Shown: positions 26,646 through 39,166, numbered from the stretch's first letter. The stretch: DNA of 49,281 bases from an uncultured Planctomycetaceae bacterium (GCA_964429355.1 CAYSCH010000016.1:1-49281); one strand, 5' to 3'. The notes: a model not told the origin generated them from the sequence alone. Translations and numbers: made by a program.

Positions 26646-29600
26646 TCAATCGTCGTCCGAGTCATCCATGTCGGACACGTCGTCGGATTCGGCCCAAGTG
26701 TCTTCGTCCTCCGGGTCATCCTCGGACTCGTCCCCCAGAGGGGAGAGGTAATCCTCGGATTCGGGAATCTCGTCCGCATCCAGCGAAGGTTCGGTGCCCG
26801 AGTCAATTGCAGCCACAGGGCGGGAGATGTCACCGAGCAGCCGGTCCAGTTCGCTCGGCGCTGCGGAACCGCGCGAGAAGGCACCGGCTCCCGCGGATTC
26901 CCCAGGCCTTCCACCATCTTCGAGGAGCGGGAAGATGGGTTCGGGCCCCGCCGCTTTCTCTCGGACGATCTGGCTGAGGGCTTCGGGTCGCAGGCGGACC
27001 TCGGACTCCTGGTACCAGCGGAAGCCGGTACCGGCGGGAACGAGATGTCCGAGAATGACGTTTTCCTTGAGGCCAACCAGGTTGTCGGTCTTTCCGGCCA
27101 GGGCCGCCTCGGTAAGGACTTTTGTGGTTTCCTGGAAGCTTGCCGCGGAGAGAAAACTCCAACTCTGCACGGCGGCTTTGGTGATTCCCAGCAACTGGGT
27201 CGAGGCGGTTGCGAACGCGGGTTTCGAGCCCTTGGCGGAAACACCGCCGTCGGCTTCGAACTGGGCGTTCTGCTGCTCGAAGATCTCCAGCGGGACGATG
27301 TCACCCTCCTGGAACTTGGTGTCGCCGGGGTCGTCGATCTTGACGCAGCCGATCAGTTCCTCATTCTTGGAACGGAACTCGAATTTGTCGATGACGCTGC
27401 CTTCAAGCAGTCCCGTATCGCCTCCCGACTCGATCCGCACCTTACGGAGCATCTGGGCGACGATGATCTCGATGTGCTTGTCGTTGATATCGACGCGTTG
27501 GCTGCGGTAGACGTTCTGGATCTCGCGAACCAGGTATTGCTGGAGGGCCTCTTCGCCGGAGATCCGGAGGATGTCGTGGGGGACGAGTGGCCCATCGACC
27601 AGGGCTTCGCCGGCCCGGACGAAGTCGCCCGTATGGACGCGCAAGTGCTTGCCATGGGAAACGAGGTGTTCTCGTTCGATTCCGGTTTCACTGCGGACGA
27701 CGATGGTTCGCTTGCCGCGGCGTTTTTCACCGAGGATTTCGACCCGGCCGTCGATTTCGGCGATCACCGCCGGATCCTTCGGTTTGCGGGCCTCGAAGAT
27801 TTCGGTGACGCGGGGCAGACCGCCGGTGATGTCCTGAGTACCGGAGACCTCGCGTGGAGTCTTGGCCAGCAGGGTACCGGGGGTGATCTGTTTGCCTTCG
27901 TCGACTTCGATGTGGGCCTTTTCAGGCATGTAGTAGAAGTCAAGAATCTTGCCATCGGCATCCTCCAGCACGATTTGCGGGTGGAGGTCGCCCTTGTGTT
28001 CCATGATCAAGCGGCGAATGGTACCGCTGACATCCCGTTCGAGTCGGACCGTTTCGCCTTCGATGATATCCTCGAAGCGGACGCGTCCGCCGACCTCGGC
28101 CAGGATCGGGATCGCATGGGGGTCCCATTGACAGAGGGTACCTCCGGCAGGGATCGCCTGATTTTCCTCGACGGTCAGATAGGCACCGGCCGGAATATCG
28201 AATTTTTCCATTTCGCGTCCGCGGTCGTCGACGATGGCGATTTCGCCGTTTCGGGCCAGCACGACCTGCTGACCTTCATCGTTTCGCACGGCCTTGAGCC
28301 GAGCGAACTTGACGACGCCCGCCCGCTTGGAGCGAATCTCGCTTTCCTCGACGGCACGGGCGGCCGTACCGCCGATGTGGAAGGTACGCATGGTCAACTG
28401 CGTCCCCGGCTCGCCGATGCTCTGTGCGGCAATGATCCCGACCGCCATCCCTTCCTCAACCTCATGTCCCATGGAGAGATCCATGCCGTAGCACGCGGTA
28501 CAGATTCCCAAGGCGGCGTCGCAGGTCATCGGGCTTCGCACCTGGATCTTTTCGAGTCCCAATTCCTCGATACGGCGAGCGATCTCAGTCGTGATCAACT
28601 GGTTTTCGCGGACGATGACTTCGTCGGTAATGGGGTTGACGATGTTGGTTCGGCTCACGCGCCCGCGGATTGAATCGGCCAGGCTAACCTCGACTTTCTC
28701 GCCGCGGTAGATGACTCCCTTGGTGATCCCCTGGGTGGTCCCGCAGTCCAGTCCGGTGATGACGACGTTCTGGGCGACGTCCGCGAGTTTTCGCGTCAGG
28801 TATCCCGAGTCGGCGGTCTTGAGGGCCGTATCGGCCAGACCCTTTCGTGCCCCGTGGGTCGAGCTGAAATACTCGAGCACGCTCAACCCTTCGCGGAAAT
28901 TTGCCTTGATGGGGGTCTCGATGATCTTGCCGGACGGCTTGGCCATCAATCCTCGCATGCCGGAGAGCTGGCGGATCTGCTCGACGCCGCCGCGGGCCCC
29001 GGAGTGCGCCATTAGGTAGATCGGATTGACGTAGCCGGACCAGCGCTCGTCGTTCTCCAGCTCGCTCATCATTTCGGTGGTGATCTGTTCCCGGGCGTGC
29101 GTCCAGGCGTCGAGAACCTGGTTGTAGCGTTCGCCCTCGGTGATGATACCGCGCTGATAAAGCTTAAGGATCCGCAGGACTTGCTTCTCGGCAACGCCGA
29201 TGATTTTCGCCTTGTTGGGCGGGGTGATCAGGTCGTCGGTCGAGAATGACAGTCCGCTGCGAGTGCTTTCACGGAAGCCGAGCTTGTTCATAGCGTCCAG
29301 CAGGTCGATCGTTCGGCGCCTTCCGAGAATCTCATGGCAGTCCGAGATGACGGTTGCCAGCGCGGCGCTTCGCATGGCGTGATTGTAGAAGGGCATGCCG
29401 GTGGGAAGCATCTCGTTGAAGATCACCCGTCCCACGGTGGTCTCGAGGATTCCGCCATCAGGGAACTTCGGGTCGTCTTTGACCCGTCGGCCCCCGGCCA
29501 GACGGACCTTGATGATTGCGTGGGTGTGGACCTCGCCGAGCGAATAGGCCAACTGGAGTTCATCGGACGAGGCAAAGACCATCCCTTCGCCCTTCCGGTC

Positions 29601-31148
29601 CGCCAGCGCGATCGTCATGTAGTAGCAGCCCATGACCACATCCTGGGAGGGGCTGATGATAGGCGCCCCGTTGGCCGGGCTGAAAATATTGTTCGTGGCC
29701 ATCAGCAGAGTGTGGGCCTCGACCTGGGCCTCGATGGACAACGGGAGGTGTACGGCCATCTGGTCGCCGTCGAAGTCGGCATTGAAGCCTTTACAGACGA
29801 GCGGGTGGAGCTTGATGGCGTTTCCCTCGACCAGCGTCGGCTCGAAGCCCTGAATGCCCATGCGGTGGAGCGTGGGAGCACGGTTCAGGAGCACGGGGTG
29901 GTTGCGGATCACCTCTTCGAGGATATCCCACACCTCCTCGTCCTTCCGTTCGAGCATCTTCTTGGCGCTCTTGATCGTATCGGCATGCTGCAATTCCTTG
30001 AGGCGCCGGATGATGAACGGCTGAAAGAGTTCCAAGGCGATCTTTTTGGGCAGGCCGCACTGGTGGAGGCGAAGGTTTGGGCCGACGACGATCACGCTAC
30101 GAGCCGAGTAGTCGACACGTTTTCCGAGCAGGTTCTCGCGGAAACGGCCCTGCTTGCCCTTGATCATATCGGTGAGGGACTTGAGGGGGCGATTGCTTGA
30201 TCCCAGCACGGGACGTTTGCAGCGGTTGTTGTCGAACAGGGCGTCGACAGACTGCTGCAGCATTCGCTTCTCGTTCTTGATGATGACTTCCGGCGCGTTC
30301 AGGTCGACGAGCTTTTTGAGCCGGTTATTCCGGTTGATGATGCGCCGATAGAGGTCGTTCAGGTCGCTGGTCGCGAAATTGCCCGAATCGAGAAGCACCA
30401 GGGGGCGCAGATCGGGCGGGATGACCGGTATGACGTCGAGCACCATCCACTCCGGGCGGTTGTCGCTGTCGCGGATGGACTCGACGATCTTCAGCCGATT
30501 GATGAGGTCTTTTTTCTTCTGTTTGGAGTTCGTCTCGGTCAGCTCGCGGCGCAAGTCACGGGAGAGTTGCACCAGGTCGAGATCCATGAGCAGTTTGCGG
30601 ATTGCCTCCGCGCCCATGTCGGCATGGAAACTACCTTCGGGGTAGTCCATCCGCGCCTTGCGGTATTCCTCTTCGGTCAAGAGCTGCTGGACTTTCAGCG
30701 GCGTGTCACCCGCGTTGGTGACGACGTAGTCCTGGAAGTAGATCACCTTCTCCAGGCTCGTGGTCTTCATACTCAGGAGGGTCCCGAGGCGGCTGGGCAT
30801 GGCCTTGAAGAACCAGATATGGACGACGGGAGCAGCCAATTCGATGTGGCCCATCCGCTTTCGCCGGACCCGGCTGTGGGTGATCTTCACGCCGCAGCGG
30901 TCGCATATCATCCCCTTGTACTTCATACCCCGATACTTGCCGCAGGCACACTCCCAGTCCTTTTCGGGACCGAAAATCCGCTCGCAGAACAGTCCGTCCT
31001 TTTCCGGACGATAGGTTCGGTAGTTGATCGTTTCTGGCTTCTTCACCTCCCCGAACGACCAACTGCGGATGTCGTGCGGGCGAGCCAGGCTGATCTTGAC
31101 CGAAGCATAATCGTTGACGCGTTCGTATGAGCTATCGCCAATACTCAC
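26646..31148 (-). CDS. rpoC: DNA-directed RNA polymerase subunit beta-prime, with a hyper-acidic C-terminal tail
   Basis: Full-length RpoC similarity ([12 protein letters not shown] active site, zinc-binding CACGKY..C..CGV). GTG start preceded by AAGGAG at 7-nt spacing. Confidence 0.97.
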   Translation of the reverse strand: MSIGDSSYERVNDYASVKISLARPHDIRSWSFGEVKKPETINYRTYRPEKDGLFCERIFGPEKDWECACGKYRGMKYKGMICDRCGVKITHSRVRRKRMGHIELAAPVVHIWFFKAMPSRLGTLLSMKTTSLEKVIYFQDYVVTNAGDTPLKVQQLLTEEEYRKARMDYPEGSFHADMGAEAIRKLLMDLDLVQLSRDLRRELTETNSKQKKKDLINRLKIVESIRDSDNRPEWMVLDVIPVIPPDLRPLVLLDSGNFATSDLNDLYRRIINRNNRLKKLVDLNAPEVIIKNEKRMLQQSVDALFDNNRCKRPVLGSSNRPLKSLTDMIKGKQGRFRENLLGKRVDYSARSVIVVGPNLRLHQCGLPKKIALELFQPFIIRRLKELQHADTIKSAKKMLERKDEEVWDILEEVIRNHPVLLNRAPTLHRMGIQGFEPTLVEGNAIKLHPLVCKGFNADFDGDQMAVHLPLSIEAQVEAHTLLMATNNIFSPANGAPIISPSQDVVMGCYYMTIALADRKGEGMVFASSDELQLAYSLGEVHTHAIIKVRLAGGRRVKDDPKFPDGGILETTVGRVIFNEMLPTGMPFYNHAMRSAALATVISDCHEILGRRRTIDLLDAMNKLGFRESTRSGLSFSTDDLITPPNKAKIIGVAEKQVLRILKLYQRGIITEGERYNQVLDAWTHAREQITTEMMSELENDERWSGYVNPIYLMAHSGARGGVEQIRQLSGMRGLMAKPSGKIIETPIKANFREGLSVLEYFSSTHGARKGLADTALKTADSGYLTRKLADVAQNVVITGLDCGTTQGITKGVIYRGEKVEVSLADSIRGRVSRTNIVNPITDEVIVRENQLITTEIARRIEELGLEKIQVRSPMTCDAALGICTACYGMDLSMGHEVEEGMAVGIIAAQSIGEPGTQLTMRTFHIGGTAARAVEESEIRSKRAGVVKFARLKAVRNDEGQQVVLARNGEIAIVDDRGREMEKFDIPAGAYLTVEENQAIPAGGTLCQWDPHAIPILAEVGGRVRFEDIIEGETVRLERDVSGTIRRLIMEHKGDLHPQIVLEDADGKILDFYYMPEKAHIEVDEGKQITPGTLLAKTPREVSGTQDITGGLPRVTEIFEARKPKDPAVIAEIDGRVEILGEKRRGKRTIVVRSETGIEREHLVSHGKHLRVHTGDFVRAGEALVDGPLVPHDILRISGEEALQQYLVREIQNVYRSQRVDINDKHIEIIVAQMLRKVRIESGGDTGLLEGSVIDKFEFRSKNEELIGCVKIDDPGDTKFQEGDIVPLEIFEQQNAQFEADGGVSAKGSKPAFATASTQLLGITKAAVQSWSFLSAASFQETTKVLTEAALAGKTDNLVGLKENVILGHLVPAGTGFRWYQESEVRLRPEALSQIVREKAAGPEPIFPLLEDGGRPGESAGAGAFSRGSAAPSELDRLLGDISRPVAAIDSGTEPSLDADEIPESEDYLSPLGDESEDDPEDEDTWAESDDVSDMDDSDDD

Positions 31149-31294
31149 AGTGACACTCCTTTTTCGGAGGAAACCGATTGCGGACGCTTTATTCGTTCTG
31201 GAATCGCGGCAACTTCCTTCACCGCGCTCGCCGGGGCCGGAAGGGGGCCGCCGTGGCCGCCTTCCGTTGGTTCTTCCGGTTCCGTTGTGGAACC

Positions 31295-34200
31295 CTACAA
31301 GCGACCCTTTTCCAATTGCATGTTCAGGCCCAAGCCGCGAATTTCGTTCGTCAAGACGTCGAAGCTCGCAGGAGTGCCGGCCTCGAGCGTGTTTTCGCCC
31401 TTGACCATCGACTCGTAGATCTTGGTTCGGCCTTCGACATCATCGCTCTTGACGGTGAGCAACTCCTGGAGAATGTAGGCCGCACCATACGCCTCCAGGG
31501 CCCAGACTTCCATTTCCCCGAATCGCTGGCCACCGAAACGGGCCTTGCCGCCCAGGGGCTGCTGGGTGATCAACGAATAGGGTCCGGTGCTGCGGGCATG
31601 GACCTTGTCGTCGACCAGGTGGTGCAGTTTGAGCATGTAGATGTAGCCGACGGTCGTCTCCTGCTCCATCGGCACGCCCGTCCGCCCGTCGATGAGCCGC
31701 ACTTTGCCGTGCCGGGGGAGACCAGCCTCGGCCAGGCACTCGTTGATTTCGGTTTCGTCAGCGCCGTTGAACACCGGCGTGATGGCCTGGAAGCCCAACT
31801 TGGCTCCGGCCCAGCCGAGATGCGTTTCGAGAATCTGGCCCACGTTCATACGACTGGGCACGCCGAGGGGGTTGAGGAGGATCTGGACCGCGGTTCCGTC
31901 GGGGAGGAAGGGCATATCCTCGATAGGCAGGATCTTCGAGATCACACCCTTGTTGCCGTGCCGGCCGGCCATCTTATCTCCGACGGAAATCACGCGTTTG
32001 GCGGCGATGTAGACCTTCACCATCTGGAGCACGCCGCTGCGAAGTTCGTCACCACGTTTCATCGAATTGAGTTTTCGGTCGCGTGAGTCGATCGCCGCCT
32101 CGACAGCCGGCCACTTGAGCTTGTAGATCTTCTCGACTTCTTCCAGTCGTTGGGGGCTGCGAATGTCGAGATTGTCGATACGGAACCGCTGCGCCTGTTC
32201 GGCGACGAACCGGTGCTCCTGGCCTTCAACGAGGGGCTGGCCGTCCTCGTCGGTGAGCTTTTTCTTGAGCACGGTCTCGATCTCTTCGACCAGGCGGCCG
32301 AAGGTCTCGGCAATCGCGGCATTGCCCTCATTCTCGGTCTTCTTGAGGGCCTCCTCAAACGCCTTACGTTCGTCTTCCGACAGACTCATCCGCCGGGAGA
32401 ACTTCTGGGTATCGATCACGATGCCTTCAATACCGGAGGGCACGTCGAGCGAATCGTTCTTGACGTCCTCGCCGGCCCGGCCGAAAATCGCATGCAGCAA
32501 CTTTTCTTCGGGGGTCAATTCGGTCTTCGACTTGGGCGAGACCTTTCCCACCAGGATGTCGCCGGGTCGCACGTAGGTTCCGATCCGGACGATGCCCGTC
32601 TCGTCCAGATTTCGCAGGGCCTTTTCGCTCACGTTGGGAATGTCGCGAGTGAACTCCTCGCGTCCCAGTTTCGTTTCACGGATTTCCACATCGAACTCTT
32701 CGATATGGATCGACGTGTAGGTGTCGTTCTGGACCAGTTCTTCACTGATGATGATGGCATCTTCGAAGTTGAATCCATCCCAGGCCATGAACGCGGCGAG
32801 CACGTTTCGCCCGAGGGCCAGTTCGCCGTGGTAGGTTGCGGCACCGTCGGCGATGACGTCGCCCTTCTCCACCTTCTGGCCGACGGAAACGATCGGCTTC
32901 TGGTTCTGGCACGTTCGCTCGTTGAGGCCGACGAATTTGCGAAGCTTGTAGACGTCGCTACCGATCTCGATCCGGCTGCCGTCCACGTAGGTCACGGTCC
33001 CTTTGTTCTTCGCGCGAATGAGCATACTGGAGTTGCGTGCGGCGTCGACTTCCATCCCTGTACCCACCAGCGGCGGTTCGGTGATGAGCAGGGGAACGGC
33101 TTGCCGCTGCATGTTGGAACCCATCAGCGCCCGGTTCGCGTCGTCATGTTCGAGAAACGGAATCAAGCCTGCCGAGACGCCGACCATCTGGCTCGGCGCA
33201 ACGTCCAGATACTCCACCTGGTCGGCCGGGATAAGGGAAAAGTCGCCCCAGTGGCGTGCGATAAGCGTATCCCCCACGAGTTTGTTGCCTTGGATCGGCG
33301 TATCGGCCGGCGCCAGGAACGCTTCGTGTTCCTGGTCCGCCCGAAGCCAGGCGATTTCCTCGGTCAGCTTGCCTTTGACCACTCTTCGATACGGCGTGAC
33401 CAGGAACCCATACTCGTCGACGCTCGCGTAGATGGCAAGGCTCGAAATCAGGCCGATATTCGTGCCTTCGGGAGTCTCGATCGGGCAGATTCGTCCGTAA
33501 TGTGAAATGTGCACGTCTCGGACTTCGAAGCCGGCGCGTTTCCGATTCAAACCGCCCGGGCCCAAGGCAGAGAGACGGCGTTCATGGGTGAGCATCGAAA
33601 GGGGGTTGGTCTGGTCGACAACCTGCGACAGTTCTCCGCGGCCGAAGAAGTACTCGATGGCGGCGGAGATACTCTTGGGATCCACCAGGCTCCGGGGGGT
33701 CATGTCCTGGACATCCTTCAGGCTCATCCGCTCCTGGACCGTCCGTCGCAGCTTGAGGAATCCCTTCCGCAGTTCGTCGCAGGCGAGTTCGTCGATGGTC
33801 CGCAGGCGGCGGTTGCCCAGATGGTCGATATCGTCGATCTCGGCCTCACCGGTTTCGCCGCGGAGAGCGAGAAGATATTTCATTGCCGCGATCAGGTCTT
33901 CCGATCGCAATGTCATTTCGTCCTCGGAGACGTTCAACCCGAATTTGCGGTTGATACGGAACCGTCCCACGCGACCGAGCCGGTAGCGGTTCGTGTCGCA
34001 GAACTTCTCGTGGAATAGGGCCTTCGCCTTTTCCAGCTGGGGAGGATTACCCGGCCGGAGGCGCTGGTAAATCCGCAACAGGGCTTCCTCATGGCTGGCG
34101 GTGCTGTCATCGGCCAGGGCGTTCAGGAGCAGCGGGTTTCGCTGATCATCCATGACGGCGATTTTTTTCAGCCCCGATGTGCAGATCGTCTCGGCGATGT

Positions 34201-35005
34201 TCTTGGTGATCTTCTGGCCGCACTCCACGATAACTTCGCCGGCCCGCTCGCTTTCGGCGGGATAGATCACGTCGCCGACGGCCAGTTTTCCTTCGATTTT
34301 CGCAACGCTACGACCGTCGACGATCTTCTCGTCGCTTGTGGTGTAAAACGCCCTAAGAATTGCCTCGTCGCTGCTGAACGCGGGGTCCATGGCGCGCAGG
34401 AGAGTCATGGCCGAGAATTTGCCGCTCTGGTCGATGCGGACGGTGAGGCTTTCCTTTCGGGTCACGTTGAGCTCGATCCAACTCCCTCGCTCGGGAATGA
34501 CGCGGCAACTGTGGAGCCGCCGCTCGCCGGTCTCCGTTTCGCAGACGAAGTCGACCCCCGGGCTGCGGTGCAACTGGCTCACCACCACGCGCTCGGCGCC
34601 ATTGATGATGAATTCGCCGCCACCGAGCATGATCGGAATATCGCCCAGGTAGACCTCTTCCTCGATAGGTTGGTCCTTCGTGAGGCGCAGCCAGACCTTG
34701 AAGGGGCGCCCGTAGGTCAGGCGCAACTGCCGGCATTCGTCGGGTTCGTAGCGAGGCTTACCCAGTTCGTAGCCGATGTACTCCAGGCGAAGGGACTTGT
34801 CGTAGCTTTCGATCGGGAAGATTTCGCGGAGGACGCTCTCGAGCCCCTCGTCCTTGCGTTTCTTCCAGGGAGTTTCGAACTGCAGAAAGTCGGTGTAGCT
34901 CTTGGTCTGAATCGTGGTCAGATCCGGAGTTTCATAGGGGGTTTGATGGCTTCCAAAACGTCGCTTTATCTCCGGTTGAAGACGCCGTTCTGCGGTGACA
35001 GCCAT
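31295..35005 (-). CDS. rpoB: DNA-directed RNA polymerase subunit beta
   Basis: Full-length RpoB similarity (rifampicin region [18 protein letters not shown]..., [20 protein letters not shown]-type motifs). Confidence 0.97.
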   Translation of the reverse strand: MAVTAERRLQPEIKRRFGSHQTPYETPDLTTIQTKSYTDFLQFETPWKKRKDEGLESVLREIFPIESYDKSLRLEYIGYELGKPRYEPDECRQLRLTYGRPFKVWLRLTKDQPIEEEVYLGDIPIMLGGGEFIINGAERVVVSQLHRSPGVDFVCETETGERRLHSCRVIPERGSWIELNVTRKESLTVRIDQSGKFSAMTLLRAMDPAFSSDEAILRAFYTTSDEKIVDGRSVAKIEGKLAVGDVIYPAESERAGEVIVECGQKITKNIAETICTSGLKKIAVMDDQRNPLLLNALADDSTASHEEALLRIYQRLRPGNPPQLEKAKALFHEKFCDTNRYRLGRVGRFRINRKFGLNVSEDEMTLRSEDLIAAMKYLLALRGETGEAEIDDIDHLGNRRLRTIDELACDELRKGFLKLRRTVQERMSLKDVQDMTPRSLVDPKSISAAIEYFFGRGELSQVVDQTNPLSMLTHERRLSALGPGGLNRKRAGFEVRDVHISHYGRICPIETPEGTNIGLISSLAIYASVDEYGFLVTPYRRVVKGKLTEEIAWLRADQEHEAFLAPADTPIQGNKLVGDTLIARHWGDFSLIPADQVEYLDVAPSQMVGVSAGLIPFLEHDDANRALMGSNMQRQAVPLLITEPPLVGTGMEVDAARNSSMLIRAKNKGTVTYVDGSRIEIGSDVYKLRKFVGLNERTCQNQKPIVSVGQKVEKGDVIADGAATYHGELALGRNVLAAFMAWDGFNFEDAIIISEELVQNDTYTSIHIEEFDVEIRETKLGREEFTRDIPNVSEKALRNLDETGIVRIGTYVRPGDILVGKVSPKSKTELTPEEKLLHAIFGRAGEDVKNDSLDVPSGIEGIVIDTQKFSRRMSLSEDERKAFEEALKKTENEGNAAIAETFGRLVEEIETVLKKKLTDEDGQPLVEGQEHRFVAEQAQRFRIDNLDIRSPQRLEEVEKIYKLKWPAVEAAIDSRDRKLNSMKRGDELRSGVLQMVKVYIAAKRVISVGDKMAGRHGNKGVISKILPIEDMPFLPDGTAVQILLNPLGVPSRMNVGQILETHLGWAGAKLGFQAITPVFNGADETEINECLAEAGLPRHGKVRLIDGRTGVPMEQETTVGYIYMLKLHHLVDDKVHARSTGPYSLITQQPLGGKARFGGQRFGEMEVWALEAYGAAYILQELLTVKSDDVEGRTKIYESMVKGENTLEAGTPASFDVLTNEIRGLGLNMQLEKGRL

Positions 35006-35296
35006 ATAAGACTACCCTCCTGATCAATCGCGAATGAGAATGCGGTGGAAGGTGCGCTGCCTGCGCGCACCCCTCCCCGCCAAGAATCTGCCGGTTTTTT
35101 GGCAGAAGTTCCGGGATCGTTGGGAGCCTCTCCGGGAACGAGCACGTCACGCCGAGCCGACAAACGCCAGGTTGCAGCATGATGTATCCGGTTCCAGGAG
35201 AGGTCCTCAGCCGTTTCACGTCAATAGCGCACCGCACCGGGTCCCCTCGATGATGGTGCTGCCGTGGGGGAAAAATCGAACGGAACAGAGCCCGTG

Positions 35297-35710
35297 CTAC
35301 TTGATCGAAACCGTGGCGCCGGCTTCTTCCAATTCCTTCTTGAGCTTCTCGGCGTCGTCTTTCGAGATGCCTTCCTTCACTTTGGAAGGAACGCCCTCGA
35401 CCAGGTCCTTAGCTTCCTTGAGTCCCAGACCGGTAGCGGCGCGAACCACCTTGATGACGCCGATCTTCTTGTCGCCAAAACCTTCGAGGACAACGTCGAA
35501 TTCGGTCTTCTCGACTTTCTCTTCTCCGCCACCTTCACCGCCCGGCATGGCGGCCATCATGACGGCGCCGCCCGCAGCGGCCTTGATGCCGTGTTCATTT
35601 TCCAGGTAGTCGCTCAGCTCTTTGGCTTCTTTCAGCGTCAGGCCCGCGATCTTATCGCCCAGTTCTTTGGACAGTGGGGAGAATTCGCGGGGTGCTACGT
35701 CGGTGGACAT
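35297..35710 (-). CDS. rplL: 50S ribosomal protein L7/L12
   Basis: The C-terminal domain [36 protein letters not shown]...[18 protein letters not shown] is diagnostic. Confidence 0.95.
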   Translation of the reverse strand: MSTDVAPREFSPLSKELGDKIAGLTLKEAKELSDYLENEHGIKAAAGGAVMMAAMPGGEGGGEEKVEKTEFDVVLEGFGDKKIGVIKVVRAATGLGLKEAKDLVEGVPSKVKEGISKDDAEKLKKELEEAGATVSIK

Positions 35711-35871
35711 CGTGGTTTATCCTTTCTGCTCTACTACTGCGCCACTCGCTGCACTCGAAGTGCTCGGTTTCGGCGACGCCGGTGGTTATGAGAATTTGTT
35801 TCGCTGCTGCGGAAGTCCGTTTCAATTGACCGGCAACTTTCCCGGTCTGAAATCCGTGAATGGTTTCGATG

Positions 35872-36402
35872 CTATTCGGCGTCGCCGCCTTCCTCGCCCT
35901 TCTGCTTGATCTGACTGGCCAAGGCTCCGCCAGGACCGATGAGCTGAGCGGCAAGGCGTGCTCCCGGGCCGAGGATCTGCCCGACCAACAGGCTCAATTG
36001 CTCACCCCGGCTGGGCCACTTGCTGACCTGCTCCACTTCGGCGGCAGTGAGTTTTTCGCCGTCCATGATCCCGCCCCGGGCCGCGAAAGCCGCGAAGCGT
36101 TTGTCCTTGGCCAACCGGACGATTTCCTTGGCCAGAGAGACGATATCTTCCGAACCCCAGCAAACGGCGTTCGTGCCGCCCATGTCTTCGAACAGGCCGT
36201 CCAGGGACGTGCCCGCCGTTGCCCGGGCGGCCAGGCTGTTCTTGACGACCAGAACTTCAATGCCCCTCTCGGCGAGTTCGGCTCGAAGGACATTGTTGGA
36301 ATTGGCGTCCAGCCCGATCATATTCACCAGCAGCGCGTCGCTGACTCCGTCGAGCTGCTTGCGCAGGTGATCAGTCACCAAGTTCTTTACATACTTACTC
36401 AT
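35872..36402 (-). CDS. rplJ: 50S ribosomal protein L10
   Basis: Position between rplA and rplL, plus an L10-like sequence (LRAELAERGIEVLVVKNSLA...). Confidence 0.9.
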   Translation of the reverse strand: MSKYVKNLVTDHLRKQLDGVSDALLVNMIGLDANSNNVLRAELAERGIEVLVVKNSLAARATAGTSLDGLFEDMGGTNAVCWGSEDIVSLAKEIVRLAKDKRFAAFAARGGIMDGEKLTAAEVEQVSKWPSRGEQLSLLVGQILGPGARLAAQLIGPGGALASQIKQKGEEGGDAE

Positions 36403-36529
36403 ATCGCACGCTTTGCCCTGTCAAGGGATATTTCGGGTATTGCTTGTGCTGTCGCCCGATGCGGAAGAAACGAAGACTTCTTCCGTGGTCCTCGAGCGGG
36501 AATCAAATCCTGCCGCGCCCAGGTCACTT

Positions 36530-37210
36530 TCAGACCGCCACACGTATGCCGGGACTCATGGTCGCACTGATAGCGACGCCCCGCATGTACTGGCCGCGAA
36601 CGGCAGCCGGCTTCAAGTTCTGAACGAAATCGATGAAGCTCTGAATGTTCTGGACAAGCTTCTCAGCGTCGAAGCTGAGTTTGCCGACCATCGCGTGGAT
36701 GTTTCCGCCCGAATCGTTGCGGAACTCGACCTTGCCGGCCTTGTACTCCCTCACGGTCTTGCCGATGTCGGGGGTGACAGTTCCCGCTCGTGGCGACGGC
36801 ATCAATCCCCGAGGACCGAGAACTCGGCCCAGGGGTCCGACGATTCCCATCATGTCGGGGGCCGCGATGCAGGCATCGAAATCGGTCCACCCGCCCTTGA
36901 TCTTCTCCGCCAGTTCGGGACCGCCGGCTTCGTCGGCTCCCGCCTCTTTGGCCTCCGCGATCTTGTCGCCTTTGGCGAACACAATCACGCGCAAAGATTT
37001 CCCGATTCCGTTGGGCAGAACCACCGAACCGCGTACGATCTGATCGGCCTGCTTGGAATCGATACCCAACCGCACCGCTATCTCTACCGTCTGGTCGAAC
37101 TTGGTGTTGTTGAACGATTTCAACAACGCGACCGCCTCGGCGAGCGGTAACGGGGCTGCGCCCGGGACTTTTTCAGCCAGGGCTCGCATTCGCTTAGACT
37201 TTCTTGCCAT
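36530..37210 (-). CDS. rplA: 50S ribosomal protein L1
   Basis: [38 protein letters not shown] is the L1 signature. Confidence 0.95.
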   Translation of the reverse strand: MARKSKRMRALAEKVPGAAPLPLAEAVALLKSFNNTKFDQTVEIAVRLGIDSKQADQIVRGSVVLPNGIGKSLRVIVFAKGDKIAEAKEAGADEAGGPELAEKIKGGWTDFDACIAAPDMMGIVGPLGRVLGPRGLMPSPRAGTVTPDIGKTVREYKAGKVEFRNDSGGNIHAMVGKLSFDAEKLVQNIQSFIDFVQNLKPAAVRGQYMRGVAISATMSPGIRVAV

Positions 37211-37360
37211 GTTACTCCGTCGATCCTAGTTGCGGATTTAAGTACAACCGTCTCAGCCCTCCCCGCACGCCTTAACGAGGACGCCGGTACGGGGGCGAAA
37301 ACGAATCCTCCCGCGGGCGCGACGGACAGGCACGAACGGCCGGTGCCGCGCCGCGGTGTA

Positions 37361-37786
37361 TCAGTCGACTACATCCAGTCCTATACTCCGTGCGGTTCCC
37401 GCGATAAGGAGCCTAGCATGTTCGGTGTCTCTCGCGTTCAAGTCGTTCATCTTCCTTTTCACGATCTCGTCAAGTTGAGCCGTCGTGACGGTACCGACCT
37501 TCTCGCGCGGCACGTTTCCCGATCCCTTGGCAATCCCGGCGGCCTGCTTCAGCAGGTCCACCGCCGCGGGACTCTTGGTCTCCAGTTCAAAAGTCCGGTC
37601 GTTATAAACTCGCACAACGACGGGTATTCGCAGGCCTTGCTGCTCCTTCGTGCGCTCATTGAACTGTTGGACGAACTGACCGAGGTTAATCCCGAAACGG
37701 CCCAATGCCGTGCCGACCGGCGGAGCCGGGGTCGCCTGACCGCCGGGAACCTGGAACTTCACCGTGCCTACAAGTTGCTTGGCCAT
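37361..37786 (-). CDS. rplK: 50S ribosomal protein L11
   Basis: VKFQVPGGQATPAPPVGTALG..GIN...F...FN is the L11 signature. The ATG lies 3 nt after the nusG stop. Confidence 0.95.
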   Translation of the reverse strand: MAKQLVGTVKFQVPGGQATPAPPVGTALGRFGINLGQFVQQFNERTKEQQGLRIPVVVRVYNDRTFELETKSPAAVDLLKQAAGIAKGSGNVPREKVGTVTTAQLDEIVKRKMNDLNARDTEHARLLIAGTARSIGLDVVD

Positions 37787-37789
37787 AGT

Positions 37790-38617
37790 CTAGACGCTTT
37801 CAATTTGCCAGTATTCCAATTCGACCGGTGTGCTCCGGCCAAAGATATTGATCATCACCGCCACCCGGCCGCTCGCTTCGTCGATCGTGTGGACTTCGCC
37901 CTCGAAGTTCTCGAAGGTGCCTTCGTTGATCTTCACCCGATCACCGACTCGGAAGCCGATTTTCAGCTTGGGAACCTCGTCCTGCTTCTCTTCCTTCTTG
38001 GCCAGGATCCGCTGAACTTCGTGAGCAAGCATGGGCGTGGGCGTTCCGGCGGCTCCGGTGAAATCCCCGATGCCCGGTGTCTCCCGAACCAGGAACCACG
38101 TATCTTGGTTGATTTCCATGTTGACGACAATGTAGCCCGGATAAAGCTTCCGCTTTGTTACGCGCTTCTTGCCGCCCTTGAACTCGGTCACTTTTTCCGT
38201 GGGGACAATGATCTCGCCAAAGTAGTCTTCCAGTCCCGCAATCTTCACGCGGCGGATCAGCCCGTCACGAATGGAATCTTCACGGTTACTCTGCACCTTG
38301 AGGATGTACCAGTCCATCTTGCGTTCTTCGCCGTCTCCGGTACGGGCTCGAGACGAGACGTCCACCGGGGTCGAGACGGGGGGTTCGCTCTGAAATGCAA
38401 CCTCTCCTGGCGACAATTCGGACTCAGGCTCGGCAGCGTCGTCGGACTCGACCGATACTTCGTCATGGGCGTCGATTATTTCCGATTCGGCGACAACCTC
38501 CTCGGGTGGAGCCGGTGTCGGCAACTTGTCCTGACCGGCCACGTCGTTGGCCTCGACGGATTCCAATTGCTGCGACAGGGTCGGTTCGTCGATCGGCTTA
38601 TTCGATTCCTCAGTCAC
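37790..38617 (-). CDS. nusG: Transcription termination/antitermination factor NusG (possibly with a 100-aa acidic N-terminal extension)
   Basis: The NGN and KOW core starts at [14 protein letters not shown] (res 101). The frame stays open upstream to a GTG at 38617, which is preceded by GAGGGA. The true start is uncertain (38617 or 38317). Confidence 0.85.
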   Translation of the reverse strand: MTEESNKPIDEPTLSQQLESVEANDVAGQDKLPTPAPPEEVVAESEIIDAHDEVSVESDDAAEPESELSPGEVAFQSEPPVSTPVDVSSRARTGDGEERKMDWYILKVQSNREDSIRDGLIRRVKIAGLEDYFGEIIVPTEKVTEFKGGKKRVTKRKLYPGYIVVNMEINQDTWFLVRETPGIGDFTGAAGTPTPMLAHEVQRILAKKEEKQDEVPKLKIGFRVGDRVKINEGTFENFEGEVHTIDEASGRVAVMINIFGRSTPVELEYWQIESV

Positions 38618-38713
38618 AGTCGACTTCCCTCATCAATGGCCTGGCGCCCCGTCTGCTGCCCAGGTCGAACTAGTCACGGAACGATCCGAGGTCGGCTTGC
38701 CGACCTGAGGCTC

Positions 38714-39166
38714 CTAGCCTCCGAACATGGCTCGCAACCAAGCTTCAATCACACTCTCGCCGTCCATCACCCCGATCGTCATGAAGAATTCTCTCCAGAA
38801 GAAATCGAAGAAGAACAGGAAGGTTGCGAGAACGAAGACGGTCACCAGAACCACAGCGGAACTGCGATACAATTCGGCACGAGTGGGCCAGGAAACCTTG
38901 TTCATCTCCGCCTCGACAGCGATGAGGAAATCGGCGAAGACCGGCAGGTTCACGAGCCGATAGGCGGCCCACAGGCCAACGATTGCCACGACGGCCGGAA
39001 CCGTCATACGCCAGACAAGATCCGTAGTCACCATGGACAGGTGCAGTTGGTAAGTGCCAGCCAGGATGCACACGGCCACGGCAAAAAACGTCACCTGGCG
39101 AGCGATTCGCCCTTGGGTTCGTTTGTAAAGCCCGACTCGAAACAGCTCTTGAATCAGCGCGTTCAC
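38714..39166 (-). CDS. secE: Preprotein translocase subunit SecE (three-TM form)
   Basis: The C-terminal AEMNKVSWPTRAELYRSSAVVLVTVFVLATFLFFFD is the SecE signature, and the gene sits upstream of nusG. GTG start. Confidence 0.85.
   Translation of the reverse strand: MNALIQELFRVGLYKRTQGRIARQVTFFAVAVCILAGTYQLHLSMVTTDLVWRMTVPAVVAIVGLWAAYRLVNLPVFADFLIAVEAEMNKVSWPTRAELYRSSAVVLVTVFVLATFLFFFDFFWREFFMTIGVMDGESVIEAWLRAMFGG

Noticed and set aside
33548-33644. Rifampicin-resistance-determining region of rpoB
   Set aside because: The key residues align as sensitive type (Q513, D516, H526, S531, L533 equivalents in [27 protein letters not shown]). The other differences from E. coli are at positions I cannot link to resistance.
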